A stretch of DNA of 64,000 bases from Octopus vulgaris (Eukaryota). Shown here piece after piece: positions 1 through 13,360 of this stretch. The stretch's first letter is position 1, and each line of letters begins with the position of its first letter. The notes under the pieces were generated by a model that was not told the origin of the DNA, ran no database searches, and was given only the letters and a program-made list of their open reading frames with translations. The DNA lies in the NCBI GenBank assembly GCA_951406725.2, contig OX597826.1:42408001-42472000 (forward strand). Direction: 5' to 3'. The position numbers were made by a program, and so were the translations under genes.

Positions 1-99
1 AAAGGAAAAAGAGGCCCTCGCTAAAGTGAAGAACTTAATAATCAAGAAATGAAACAGTTAAAAGACCTACTCCGTCGTGAATGTAACTATGTATGGAAT

Positions 100-409
100 T
101 ACGATCATGAGGTTGTGAGCTCGAATCCCGGACCGGGCTGCGTGTTGTGTTCTTGAGCAAAACACTTTATTTCACGTTGCTCCAGTTCACTCAGCTGTAG
201 AAATGAGTTGCGACGTCACTGGTTCCAAGCTGTATCGACCTTTGTCTTTCCCTTGGATAACACTGGTGGCGTGGAGAGGGGAGGCCGGTATGCATGGGCG
301 ACTGCTGGTCTTCCATAAACAACCTTGCCCGGACTTGTGTCTAGGAGGGTAACTTTCTAGGTGCAATCCCATGGTTCATTCATGACCGAAGGGGGTCTTT
401 ACCCTTTAG
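100..409 (+). mobile_element. tRNA-derived SINE (family D here), 5'-truncated
   Basis: B-box-like GCTCGAATCC at ~118-127, then a central segment (gtgttcttgagcaaaacactt...cactcagctgtagaaatgagt) resembling conserved SINE body domains; short ctttacccttt tail. Confidence 0.7.
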
Positions 410-1278
410 GTGCGTACAACACTTTGAAGAGAAACTAACATGGACCATACAACTACCATACAGCCACCCAACAACAAAACGGTTTGACATAACTGAATCG
501 ATTAATGGAATCTCTATGAATGACAAACCCATAGATGATGACCAACTAACAAGAAAGGTAAGAGTGTACGGAGGAATACAACTGGATACAGATGAACTCG
601 CTGTCCAAGAACTCCCTCCGAAGTTTGCCATATATAATAAGGTTAGTTAGATATCAGTACAGTCAGACACTGAGAACTGCTTCACCAAACTAAGATGGAG
701 AACACTGTTTAACCACAACCAAAATGTTGACATTCATGATATATCTGACAATAACCGTTCCATACGTTATTTCTATGATAAACGTGACATGTCGTTTGAC
801 ATGAAAAGGCTCTGCCCTATCAACTTACCCCTCAACAAAAGAGTATGCATGCCACCCATAGCTGATGCTGCTTTAGAAGCAAAGTTTACCCTTACTAAGG
901 CCAAACTCCTATCTGCTTTCTCTGATTACACTCAAAGGCATAAACTAAAACGTACAAAAAGTAAGACCCATGGTCTTGACACCAAAATTAAGAAAGGCCT
1001 CAACAAATTAAAAAATCGTATCAAAGATAGAGAAATTGTATGCTTCACGACGGATAAATTGGATAGAATTTCTGTTGACAACCTATCGAATTATATTTCG
1101 AACATGCAACCACATATCAGAGACATAATAGAATCAACTACACTCGAATACACTGAAAATGAAAAAGTCATTAATGCTCACATGGGATGTGGTGTATCAT
1201 TCGTACAGCGAACAATTTCATAACCACCAACAATGAAATCACACCCCTATATGGCCTTCGAAAAGATCATAAGAGCTA
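410..1278 (+). pseudogene. Penelope-like retroelement (PLE) ORF fragment, N-terminal to RT-fingers region, degenerate
   Basis: Translates, with stops and frameshifts, to VRVYGGIQLDTDELAVQELPPKFAIY..ENCFTKLRW, IVCFTTDKLDRISVDNLSNY (PLE 'ADKG..VV....Y'-like motif, within ORF 789-1223) and ITPLYGLRKDHK at ~1238-1273 (PLE 'P.LYGLPKIHK'-like motif). Ends in a TACA-rich tract. Confidence 0.7.
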
Positions 1279-1279
1279 C

Positions 1280-1453
1280 ACAGACACGCCTACACACTTA
1301 CATACCTAAATAGTCACATACATACATAAGTACATACATACGTACATATATACATTCATACATGCGTATAGACATGCATGCATACGCATGTACACATATG
1401 CATACGCACATACATGCACACATACATAAATACGTACTTACATACATACATAC

Positions 1454-1492
<39 letters not shown>
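1280..1492. repeat. (TACA)n / CA-rich microsatellite
   Basis: Direct reading. Confidence 0.9.
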
Positions 1493-1493
<1 letters not shown>

Positions 1494-1711
1494 CATTAAC
1501 TAACCGTTACATTCTCAGATGCAGCAAGGAATTTTGTGAGTGAATAGTTCGCGGTTTCAAAGCGACGAAAATATTTTTACAAATTAAATCTGAGTGTTGA
1601 AGTGAATCTAACAGTTTTTGTGTGTTTTAAATGGTTTATATACACCATCCACACTGCAATTGTTTTTGTTTCAGCACACGATCTCAGGTAACTTGCTATG
1701 CAAGTACATCT

Positions 1712-1713
<2 letters not shown>

Positions 1714-1778
<65 letters not shown>

Positions 1779-1830
1779 ATATAATATAATATAATATAAT
1801 ATAATATATAAAATATATATATATATATAT
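1714..1830. repeat. (TA)n and (ATATA)n microsatellite
   Basis: Direct reading. Confidence 0.95.
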
Positions 1831-1831
1831 A

Positions 1832-2316
<485 letters not shown>

Positions 2317-2837
2317 TTTTACTTTTGAAGTTAAAAGTTTTTGATGTTTTATATGGGTATACATGTAAACGATGATGTATGAAATTATATTCAGAAGCAA
2401 AAATAATAAATAAATAAACAAATTATCGTTATTATTATTATTAGTATTAGTATTAGTATTATTTATGATATCAATATTCGAAAAAATAATAAAGTTGTTC
2501 ATATCATGTTTAACAGACACCGACAAACAATCAATGATTGTTTCAATGATTGCATCCTTCTTTTCAATACGATAGAATACGATTGCAAATAAAACCAAAC
2601 TTCTACCAAATCATTTACATACAATATAACATAGAGAACATTGAAATTTTTCAATCTCTTATTTTGCAAATGAAACAATGCACTTTTATTCTGCATTTTG
2701 ATCTGGGTCGAGTCTCTAAAGGGAAATAGTTTTAAAAAATAGAAAAAAATGGGAAATGAAAAATAAATATGCACTAGAATTTATTTCAATAATTAATGTA
2801 GTGAAACGATTGAATGGATGAGCACATGAATAAATAA

Positions 2838-3182
<345 letters not shown>

Positions 3183-3661
3183 ACCCCATTATTTCTTACA
3201 TACTATATTTTTAATCAAGCGCTTTGTTTCATTTTTTTTAGTTTGAGTTTACTTTTACAATAGAATAAATGAATAAAGCTCAAAATAAAGTTGGTTTTGC
3301 AAAGAGTGACAAGATAGCATTTTTTTTTTCTTTTATTCATTTAGTAGTTTCACTCAAGCACGACCGTCGAATAGTTTTTAGTCGACAATAGCGAATTTAG
3401 CACTTTGCCTGATGTTTATTTATGTTATAGACGTCGGTAGGAATCGATGATTGAAGTCAAAAAGATGCGATGGGGAGGGCACCGATAAGAAGCGTATTAT
3501 TGCAAAGTATTTTCACTTAACACATCAACTCTTTTATATTTTTTTTTATTTGCGATTAAACTCTAAGAGAAACACACACTCACGCGCGCGCGACGGTCTG
3601 TTTTAATGTCGAGTTGTAAAAGACAGGTTTATAATTAAACTCAGCACATTTTTGTAGAGCA

Positions 3662-3945
3662 TTTATATATATAAAGAATGTGTGTGTCTGTCTGTCTGTG
3701 TGTCTGTGAGAATTCCTAAACTTGAGAACTACACAACCAATTTCATTCAAATTTTACACATGACTTACTAAGGGTCCATGTAGTGTCATGGGCAAAAATT
3801 TTAAGTTCTTGCCTAGGGCGAGCCCACAGCAATATCATATCTTCACTATTTCAGTATATCGTGTCAAAAGTGAAACAAAAACATCTCTCTATTGTAATGC
3901 CAGATGCTTTCACTTTAATACTGAAACTATTAAAGTGAAACTATT
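3662..3945 (+). mobile_element. Non-autonomous Helitron-like 5' portion
   Basis: tatatatataaag followed by GTCT microsatellite and aaccaatttcattcaaatttt, the same 5' architecture as 5407-5791. No 3' hairpin/CTAG seen. Confidence 0.5.
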
Positions 3946-4089
3946 ATATAAGTGGGGTGAACTGTAAGTAGACATCCATTATGCTAGAAGATCCACTATG
4001 TTCATACCACTAACAAAGGAATGGTAAGACCATAGTGGATCTTCTTCTAGCATAATGGATGTCCACTTATAGGTTATCCCCCCTTATAT
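3946..4089. repeat. ~144-bp imperfect palindrome (small MITE-like fold-back)
   Basis: Arms atataagtggggtgaactgtaagtagacatccattatgctagaagatccactatg / catagtggatcttcttctagcataatggatgtccacttataggttatccccccttatat. Confidence 0.85.
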
Positions 4090-4169
4090 GCTACACTACT
4101 GGTTTTAAATTGATATTAATCAAATTAATATTCAATTTTTCACCCTAATTATTTTAAATTTAAATTTAC

Positions 4170-4199
4170 ATGTATATATATATAAAGATGTATATATAT

Positions 4200-4237
<38 letters not shown>

Positions 4238-4244
4238 GTATATA

Positions 4245-4283
<39 letters not shown>

Positions 4284-4286
4284 ATA

Positions 4287-4337
<51 letters not shown>

Positions 4338-4345
4338 ATATATGA

Positions 4346-4411
<66 letters not shown>

Positions 4412-4505
4412 ATATATATACATGTATATGTATACATGTATATGTATAGCTGTATATGTATAGATGTATATGTATAGATGTATATGTATAGGTGTATTCT
4501 ATACA
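4170..4505. repeat. TA-rich microsatellite with ACATGT interruptions
   Basis: Direct reading. Confidence 0.9.
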
Positions 4506-4559
4506 TATACACCGCCGGAAGTTCTGGTTGACAAACAGCAGCAGTAATTTTATTCAGCT

Positions 4560-4758
4560 GAATACACGTCATTGATTGGTTGAAATTACCGAAATAGGAC
4601 AACTTTAACGTGAAATAACTTCGTAAATATAAGTTTATCTCAAAAATGCTAAGAGTAAAAGATGTTTTATATGACACATCCTACCAGTGTCCGAAGTTTG
4701 AAAGTGTTTAGTTACAAAATATTATTTTTTAAATCTGTAGGTCAAAAGGTAAAGATCC
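4560..4758. mobile_element. Solo terminal arm of a DNA transposon related to 6418-7128
   Basis: gacacatcctaccagtgtccgaagtttgaaagtgtttagtta...tcaaaaggtaaagatcc aligns with the right terminus 7043-7128 (gacacattctactagtatacgaagtttaaaagtgtttagtta...tcaaaagaaaaagatcc). Confidence 0.65.
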
Positions 4759-4844
4759 CACTTAAACACTGGGGTTGATATAATCGACCTGGCCTGAACT
4801 TGCTGGTCTTTTGCTAAACTTTGAAATCATTATTATAACCTTAA

Positions 4845-5065
4845 TTAAGGCGGTGAGCTGGGAAAATCGTTAGCGCCTCCGACAAGATACTTTGCGGCAT
4901 TTCTTCTGAATCTTTACGTTGTGAGTTCAGATCTCGCGGAGGTCAGATTCGCCTTTCCTTCTTTCGGAATCGATAAAATAAAGTGCCACTTAATTACTGG
5001 GGTGGGGAGCAGACTTGCTTCTTCTCCTCAAAATTGCTGATCTTGTGCCAAAATTAGAAATAATT
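4845..5065 (+). mobile_element. SINE family B, diverged copy
   Basis: aaggcggtgagctggg..cgttagc head and gcctttccttctttcggaatcgataaaataaagtgcc body. Confidence 0.75.
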
Positions 5066-5406
5066 ATTACCTTCATTTATGAGTTATAGAACATAATAAA
5101 ATAATTCAATAAATTAATGTGGTCTAACATCAACTTACTGACTCTGCTTCTGACTCGTGAGCGAAAAGAAAAAAGCTACAAACCCTTGATCTAGGCATCC
5201 ATTAGCTGTCTTCTTTTTCTTTTAGAACCGGGGTTTGTAAACGTATATACTGGTTTCAAATTTTGGCACAAGGCCAGCAAGTTCGGGAGAATAGGAAGTA
5301 CGATTACTGGTACTTATAAGAAGTCGCCAGATCCGTAGAAATTCTATAGGAAATATGAGTTATTCATCTTCACTACAAAATCACTATAATGAAATAGCAA
5401 AAGAAA

Positions 5407-5791
5407 TCTCTCTATATATAAACGGCAGTTTGTCTGTGTGTGTTTCTGTGTGTCTGTTTGGTTGTACCCTCACTCTGACCACGGCTTTCAACCGATTCTG
5501 ATGAAACTTGACACACACATAGCCCAATGTCATAATTCAAAACTAACGCAGCGAAAATTTTGAAAAGTTCCCCCAGTTCTGAAAAAGATCGATAAATTCG
5601 ACATGGGGTCGACAATCAGAAACACAAACCACAGATGGTCTAGGGGACGCGAATCGACCTTTTTAACTATCAAAAAAAATTTTACTATCATTTTTTTCCC
5701 ATTTTTTTGCTATTTTTTGGCTATAACTCTCTAAAAATGCTTTATAGTTATTTCCCTTACAAACCCGAGCAACGCCGGGCGATACTGCTAG
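5407..5791 (+). mobile_element. Non-autonomous Helitron
   Basis: 5' TC, 3' hairpin cccgagcaacgccggg (5764-5779) then CTAG; sits between A and T with no TSD; close copy at 35373-35756. Confidence 0.9.
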
Positions 5792-6417
5792 TATGAAATA
5801 TAGAACACTGTTACTGTTGCTTTCCACACTACCATGACAACGTACAACAAACAAACAACTACCGCTTTCACAAACAAAGAAACACAACCACTCCAAAAAT
5901 AAAGAAGCAAAATTTCCCACCGTCACCACGAGTAACCAAAGCGACGATTCATGCAATAAAGAAATAAGCTTCCCTACTATTGATACAACCACTTGAAGCA
6001 ATAAACAAACAAATGACTATTACATTTTTTTCTTTTCTTTAATAATGAAATTTACGAAGTCATTATCGAAGATCGATCTTCTCATGCGTTAAATCACATA
6101 CAAATTTTCAAGAATATGAATTGTTGTCAAATGAAAATTATTCACTGTCGTCGTTTCTTTGGCGCTACTACAGTCTCCACCACTATGAAGTCGGCATAAA
6201 CTCTTGGGAGACACGGATGCAATATTTTATTGACATAATGCAGTTCATATATTTTAATGCAAATGTCAGCTAATTTTTCGCGGTATTTCACAATGATCAA
6301 TAAAAATAAAATAAAATCGATAAGAATTATTTTTAATTAGCTTCATAAATGTTTCAGCAGTTTCTTTTATTATGCAAAAATGTATTTCTAAAGTAAACTC
6401 TCTCAGCTAAGGTTTTG

Positions 6418-7128
6418 GGATTTTTTCATTTGAACGGGCAGTTCTCAACACAATTTCTAGTTAACTAAACACTTTTAAACTTCGTATACTGGTAGAATGT
6501 GTCAAAATAAAACATTTTTTCTCTTGGCTTTCTTGAGAAAATTGTAATTTGTAAGTGTAACGTAGTTTAATTTTTCAAATTTTAACCAATCGATGGCCTC
6601 TATTGAGCTAAAATCATTTGCTGCGTCTAAAACTGAGACAACATCCTGTCACTAACCCTAACCCTAAATTTTAGCCTTTCTTTTTTTTTCTTAATTGTTA
6701 AATTAATTTAATTGTTACGCGTGTGTCTAAAATTATTCGTTTTGTTTTTGTTTCGAGTTTTTGCTTTCGTTTTAGCCTTTCGTTTTTTTTTTTTCTTAAT
6801 TGTTAAATTAATTTAAGGATAAAAGGCTAAAATTTAGGGTTAGGGTTAGTGTTAGGGTTAGGGTTAGTGCTAGGGTTAGGGTTAGGGTTAGGGTTAGTTA
6901 CAGGATGTCTCAGTTTTAGACGCAGCAAATGATTTTAGCTCAATAGAGGCCATCGATTGGTTAAAATTCGAAAAATTAAACTACGTTAAACTTACAAATT
7001 ACAATTTTCTCAAGAAAGCCAAGAGAAAAATTGTTTTATTTTGACACATTCTACTAGTATACGAAGTTTAAAAGTGTTTAGTTAACTAGAAATTGTATTG
7101 AAAACTGCCGTTCAAAAGAAAAAGATCC
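6418..7128. mobile_element. Non-autonomous TIR element (MITE) with ~260-bp arms and internal telomeric repeats; Merlin-like termini
   Basis: Left arm 6418-~6680 is the reverse complement of the right arm, which carries a longer TTAGGG tract. Termini GGAT..ATCC. Candidate 8-bp TSD aggttttg (6410-6417) / aggtcctg (7129-7136). Confidence 0.85.
6834..6897 (+). repeat. Interstitial (TTAGGG)n, ~10 units with variants
   Basis: ttaggg ttaggg ttagtg ttaggg ttaggg ttagtg ctaggg ttaggg ttaggg ttaggg ttag; mirror ctaaccctaaccctaa at 6652-6667. Confidence 0.95.
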
Positions 7129-7342
7129 AGGTCCTGTTTTAATCTGGCATATCAAACTTGTTCAAATGTTTATTTCAAATTTTACATATTGAGAAGTATT
7201 TCATTTCAAATTTTGCACTACAGTGATGTGAACTCATTACACATAACCAACAAGTATTGTAAAAATTGTATAATGCTGCTACTAATGATAACGATAGTGA
7301 TGGCTATGCCACCACAACCAACAAACAAGTCAATAACTTTAA

Positions 7343-7388
<46 letters not shown>

Positions 7389-7982
7389 ATTTGCTATAAC
7401 CATCATCAATGTTACTGCCTTACTTTACTTAGAATTACTTTCCTTAGTGTCACAAATTCCTTACGTCAAAGTTAAAAAATATCAATATTTTAATTATATC
7501 TAATAAAATGAAAAAAAAAATGCATATTCAGAAGTATAGAAAATTAATCATTTTATAATTAAAATCATTTGTTGAAGAAGATGAATATGTAATACAGGAT
7601 ACAACTGGTAATTATTTTATCTTTTATGAATAATGAAAAGCAAAATTAATCTGGGAGATAATGAGGTACCACAAATTCCATACTCTGAAATGCTATGAAA
7701 TTTGGTACCAACGCGTACCTCGAGCCCACATTCCGTACAACCCATCTCTCTCAATTCACGAAGGTGTCTGCTTTCCCCACCTCCATCATATCTGGAACCG
7801 TCATTATATTCACATTTCTTTCTGGTAGTCATACATCTCCAACACCGACAATACTAACTCAAAGACTAAATTAACTGTTATTCTGGATTCTCTACATCAG
7901 TTACTATCTACACTTATTTATATCCTTGGCAGACTCACTAACACACCAGACACCCTTGTTCTCTTAAGTTAAGGACTTATAT

Positions 7983-8217
7983 ATATTTCTTTATTGCCCC
8001 AAAAGGGTTAAACATAGGGGGGACAAACAAGGACAGACAAAGGGGTTAAGTCGATAACATCGACCCCAGTGCGTAACTGGTACTTATTTAATCGACCCCC
8101 AAAGGATGAAAGGCAAAGTCGACCTCGGCGGAATTTGAACTCAGAATGTAACGGCAGACGAAATGCCGTTAAGCATTTCGCCCGGCATGTTAACGATTCT
8201 GCCAGCTCGCCGCCCTA
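7983..8217 (-). mobile_element. SINE family B (Nin/Deu-domain-like body), full length with TSD
   Basis: Head ggcggcgagctggcagaatcgtt...gagttcaaattcc; body gactttgcctttcatcctttgggggtcgattaaataagtacc; 18-bp TSD taagttaaggacttatat at 7965-7982 and 8218-8235. Confidence 0.92.
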
Positions 8218-8739
8218 TAAGTTAAGGACTTATATCATCCATATGACACACACCTTAACTTCCCTCGCACAAGCATCGTCGACACATGACCTAAACATCA
8301 TATAGCCCTACATTATTTCCTTAAGAAGGTGCTTCAATAGGGAAATGACAATCCAGACTTTTTCAATAGCACAGATTGTTAGATATTTAATCATTTTATG
8401 TTTCAGAGAAATAGCATTGTGTCTCTCCCTCTCAAATCAAGAATAACACATGACTAAAACTCTTAAAATCTTTATATATATATATATATATATTAGTCTC
8501 GATAACCTTTGCTGATTTCTTTTGGTGACCACACGTATATGATATATCAAGACCGTATCACAAAGAATAGGATTCTTCTTTAAAACCAGGAAATACATCG
8601 GCCATGATCAGTTGACGTTTCTCTACAAATCTCGAGTAAGACCGCATAAGACTTATACTCAAATATTTTAGATGTTTGTGCTACATACAAACATCTTAGA
8701 CCTACGCATTCAAAGAAAGTCGTTCCACTGATCGGTTCC

Positions 8740-8877
8740 ACTGAACAACAGAAACTCACTGTAGTCACGTCTGCCACCGGTTTGCAATCGAGTGGTTTCT
8801 CCTTTCTGCTTATTTTATCTCACTTCGCCCAATCTTTGCTTTCCAAAACTGCAACCTTATGGAATTACTTCCACCTC

Positions 8878-8957
<80 letters not shown>

Positions 8958-9010
8958 GTCCTGCAAATACCAACCAACAGACGTTCAAGTTACTTCTTCA
9001 ATCTTATTGG
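8740..9010 (+). pseudogene. Old CR1/L2/Jockey-group LINE 3' ORF remnant interrupted by (TTA)n
   Basis: SHFAQSLLSKTATLWNY...PANTNQQTFK resembles the 'SFF.RT..LWN.LP....FK' C-terminus of this group. Confidence 0.45.
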
Positions 9011-9779
9011 TCTCTTATGACCAGGAAATGTCACAGACACTGCTTTGTTTTCTTTCACTGTCTTGCGAAAATTAATCCATCCATCATTCACCCTCTTCTC
9101 CCACATCACTGCGCTACTATTCACATCATAATATAGAAAGAATAGTTACAATTACACCAAAGGCAATTATTGTTATTGTTTAAAGATTTATCTCATTTCA
9201 ATCTCATTTAATTTTCAGACTCGTTATTTCTATAATATTCTCTTAGCTACATTTAATGATGCTGAATTTCCTGGCATAAGCCTATTCACATAATTCAAAT
9301 AATAATTATTCTCTTAGCAGACTTTAGTGTAGTTATATCCTCTACGAAATGTCCTTCCAGATTATTCCAGATATTCGAATTACGACGATTCGAATTACGA
9401 CGAATAAGAATACCTTATCCTTATTCTTCATTCGTTCATTTCGTTTTTTCTTTTTTTTTTATTGTTTTCGCCAGTTGTTTCGTTTCATAAAACTTTTATA
9501 GCAACTGACCACATCTGGTTTGGATTATTATGGATTGTAGTTGTTCACATTTGTGAATCTTTAATTTAATCCTTCCTTTTCTAAATTTATTTACTATTTA
9601 ATTTTAAAAGATGACTATTACTATTGCTACTGCTTTCTAACATAGGTACGCGTTGATTGGTTAAGTACTCTACGGATATCGAACAGAAACAATAAAAGTT
9701 AAGTCGATCTCAGTGAGATTTCAACTCAGGCCGCAAATACACAATACAAATAACGCAAAATATTTTATTCGTCATTTTA

Positions 9780-10296
9780 TTGAGCTTGCTTACCAAACAC
9801 ATGGCTCTGGGTTTAGTCCCACTGCGTGGCACCTTGGGCAAGTGTCTTCTACTATAGCCTCGGGCCGACCAAAGCCTTGTGAGTGGATTTGCTAGACGGA
9901 AACTGAAAGAAGGCCGTCGTATATATATATATATATATATATATCGAGGTCGACTTTGCCTTTCATCCTTTCGGGATCGATAAATAAAGTACCAGTTTCG
10001 CACTGGGGTCGATGTAATTGACTTAATACCTTTGTCTGTCCTTGTTTGTCCCCTCTATGTTTAGCCCCTTGTGGGTTGTAAAGAAATATATATATGTATG
10101 TGTGTGTCTGTGTTTGTCCCCCCAACCGATGCTGGTGTGTTTACGTCCCCGTAACTTAGCTGTTCGACAAAAGAGACCGATAGAATAAGTACTAGGCTTA
10201 CAAAGAATAAGTCCTGGGGTCGATTTGCTCGACTAAAGGCGGTGCTCCAGCATGGCCACAGTCAAATGACTGAAACAAGTAAAAGAGTAAAAGAGA
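9780..10296 (+). mobile_element. SINE family A with a SINE family B 3' fragment (9945-10088) in its internal microsatellite
   Basis: A-head and CORE-like part 9780-9920, (TA)n, B body/tail gaggtcgactttgcc...gtaaagaaata, then A 3' half to gtaaaagag. Confidence 0.85.
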
Positions 10297-10404
10297 TAGT
10301 GACTTCGTAGTTTGAAACCTTGACATAAATTAATAATGGATCGATATATAAATCGCGGTAAACAACCTTAATCTTATTTTAGCGACTGCAACAATAACAA
10401 CAAT

Positions 10405-11165
10405 AATTCTTTCTAATTTTGGAACAAGGCCAGTTATTTTAGGAGGAGAGGTTAATCAATTACATCAACTCCAGTACTAGAATGGTACTTTATTTTATCG
10501 ACCCCGAAAGGATAAAAGGCAAAGTTGACTTCGGCGGCATTTGAATTCAGTTCCGGAAAAGATGTTACTAAGCCTTCTGTCCGACATGCTAACGATTCTG
10601 CCAGCTCGCCACTTTGGCAACCCTTTATTATTTTGGCACAAGGCCAGCAATTATGAGGGAAAAAGAAGTCGATTACGTCGACTCCAGTGCACTCTGGTGG
10701 TTATTTTATCGACTCCGAAAGGATAAAAGGCAAATCGACCTCGGAGGCATTTCAACTCAGAACGTAAAGACTGACGAGCTGCCGCTAAGCATTTTGTCCT
10801 GCGTGCTTAGCCATTCTGTTAGCTCGCCTCTTTAATAAGAAGAATTCTTTCTACTTAGACACAAGGTCTGAAAATGTTAGTGAGAGAGAGCTAGTCGATT
10901 ACATTGACCACAGTGGTACCCAACTGGTGCATATTTTGTCAATTGAAAGGCAAAAATTGAACTCCGCAGAATTTGAACTCAGAATATGATGCAATTGTCC
11001 GACGTGCTAACGATTCTGCCAGCTCACCGCGTTAATAATTATGATTTCTTTCAGTGGTTCCTTTAGTCATTTTGCACAGGAGTAGAAATACTAAGAGAAG
11101 GGATAAGCCAATTACATCAATCCCATTGCTCAGCTGGTACTTGTTTTATCAACCTCGGTGGGATT
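10405..11165 (-). mobile_element. Head-to-tail run of about four diverged SINE-B-related copies
   Basis: Recurrent (c)aaggccag...gtcgattacatcgac...ttttatcgac..cgaaagga..aaaggcaaa...cgattctgccagctcgcc starting near 10420, 10630, 10855 and 11070. Confidence 0.8.
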
Positions 11166-11911
11166 ATTAAGAAATACGAGACTAAATGAGAGTGCTCGAC
11201 GCAATCTTTTTCTGCCACTAACAAATTGTCAGTATGAGATTTTATTGTTGTTTAATAAACCTTAAAAAAGGTCGTACCAGCCGTTGCAATCTCGTTATTA
11301 TTCTTTCAGATGCAATATACCTATGGCTATAATGGCCACAGTACACATTTATTTTTAAGACCGCAGGATACAGTTTGAGGGAAATTTTTATTGACTTCAT
11401 TTAAACAAGTCAGGCAACCGTACTGAAGCTTCCAAAATTAATTTTTTTTGTCGTTGTTGGAAATCATGTTGTATATTTCTGGTCTGATTAAATGCAGCAT
11501 TTAAGGACTAAACTATAATCACGGACGTTGTGCTAATAGTAGAATGCGAGATAACATTATAATGGCAATGATGTGTTTCCAATTGTGGATTAGCAGGGTC
11601 AGTAGAGCGTCCAACAGAACAATTACAGTCAATCTTATGAAAACCAACAGGGAATCAATAGCAGGCATTAACGGTAAGCGTTTTAAATGATATATGTGTG
11701 TATACATATACTATATATCTACAAAGTTATAGTAGATATATAAAATATATATTTTTACGTATATTATATATACATATGTGTATGTATATATATATATATG
11801 GGTGTATATATATATATATATATATATACACGTATATATACATATGTGTGTGTGGTATGTATGTGTGTGTATGTGTGTGTGCGTATTCAAATTTATATAC
11901 ATATGTATACA

Positions 11912-11960
<49 letters not shown>

Positions 11961-11961
11961 A

Positions 11962-12045
11962 TGAATAAATGAAAGAATGGAGTCGAACGAAGATGTTAAC
12001 AAAATTCCTTTACTCTCGACACATGTTTCGAAGACAGCATGCTTT
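11962..12045 (-). mobile_element. PLE pseudo-LTR end fragment (3' half of hammerhead motif), related to 23072-23170
   Basis: gaatggagtcgaacgaagat...acacatgtttcgaag aligns with gaaatggagttgaacgaagat...acacgtgtttcgaaag; minus strand reads CGAAACATGTGTC; abuts (TA)n. Confidence 0.6.
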
Positions 12046-12190
12046 CATTCCAAAGGAATAAAGGTTTCTATCCTTGACAGGTCACTTCAAACATGTTTCT
12101 GACGTGAATTTGCTACCCAGGTTTCGGTTAAACGAATTTTCTATGCTGACGATAAACATAGGATAATTCATTCACCTACTTAAATGCATA

Positions 12191-12260
<70 letters not shown>

Positions 12261-12888
12261 TGAAGAATTGGCAGAATTGTTAGTGCCGAACAAAAGTGCA
12301 ATTCCGGGGTGAAAAGCGGTGTGTAACAGCACAAAAGTATCGACTAATAATCTTATTAAAAAATTGTATCAGCCGTCTAAAATACTACTAGTTTCAGTGT
12401 AAATTCGGCTTTCTATAGTAATCATTTTATACGCATTAATGCTTTGATTGCTATGAATAAAGTCTGTCGTGCAGTTTAATACTTTCATACTTAATGATTT
12501 GTTATTGCTGTTTTCAATTGTTATCTCAGCAATCGAAGCAAGAATTTGGAAAATTATCTTCGCCTCAAAAACCAAATTTACGTTGAAACTCGTAGTTGTA
12601 GTAAGATTGAAAAATAATCCAACTTTAATTACGTATACGTGGGTGTGAGGGAGAGAGTGTGTATATACACGCACGCACGCACACACACATGTCTTAGAAT
12701 CAATTATTTTCAAGATGAAGGAGGCTATGACAAGGATAAAGGACACCTTCACTTTGGGGGTTATAAAGCAATGATATAAGACGTTTTGGTATCCAGAAGA
12801 CCCAAAATGGCAGGTAAAGCTAAGTAGATGTCCTAGAAATTTCACAGTTTTGGCTTTGTTGTCTCATTTTATTTTAACACACACAAAC

Positions 12889-12956
<68 letters not shown>

Positions 12957-13360
12957 GACCGTCAGGAAGTAGCTGGAGTGCTACAAGTGTGTTGAAGTCA
13001 AACGAACCTACTTTAATTAGGAATTTGTAGGAAATTAGTTTCGTACTTCTTTGAAATCAATAAATGTCACTCCTGAAAAAGTTTGTAAACCTCTGGTATG
13101 CATCTGGTACAATACGAACAACGAAAGATAAATACTCACACAATGGATGGTTGGCGCTTTTTTGCACAAACAATTTACCCTGTCCGTTACCCGCATATAA
13201 GCAAATGAACAAAGCGATAGCCCACACTAGATTCCAAGAACTCTAATATGATACCTCTTTCAAAAGCTTCTTCATAGCTCTTTTTTTTTATTTATCTGTT
13301 AAAAGTTCCTTCTACAGGTTCTTCTTCACATACGAGCACATACACAAATATACACATATA

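Noticed and set aside
2687-2750. Minus-strand pyrimidine tract + AG followed by RLDPDQNAE* as a terminal exon
   Set aside because: No partner exons or recognisable protein; such acceptors arise often by chance in AT-rich DNA. Needs RNA-seq.
6834-6897. True telomere or chromosome-fusion scar
   Set aside because: Short, inside a TIR element with a TSD, and polarity (CCCTAA...TTAGGG) is opposite to an end-to-end fusion.
8069-8305. Recurrent peptides such as RNWYLFNRP..DERQSRPRRNLNSE and FQSFDCGHAGAPP in several ORFs
   Set aside because: Translations of SINE B and SINE A copies, not a gene family.
10405-11165. CRISPR-like regular repeats
   Set aside because: Units are ~200-bp diverged SINEs in eukaryotic DNA; no short identical repeats with unique spacers and no cas genes.
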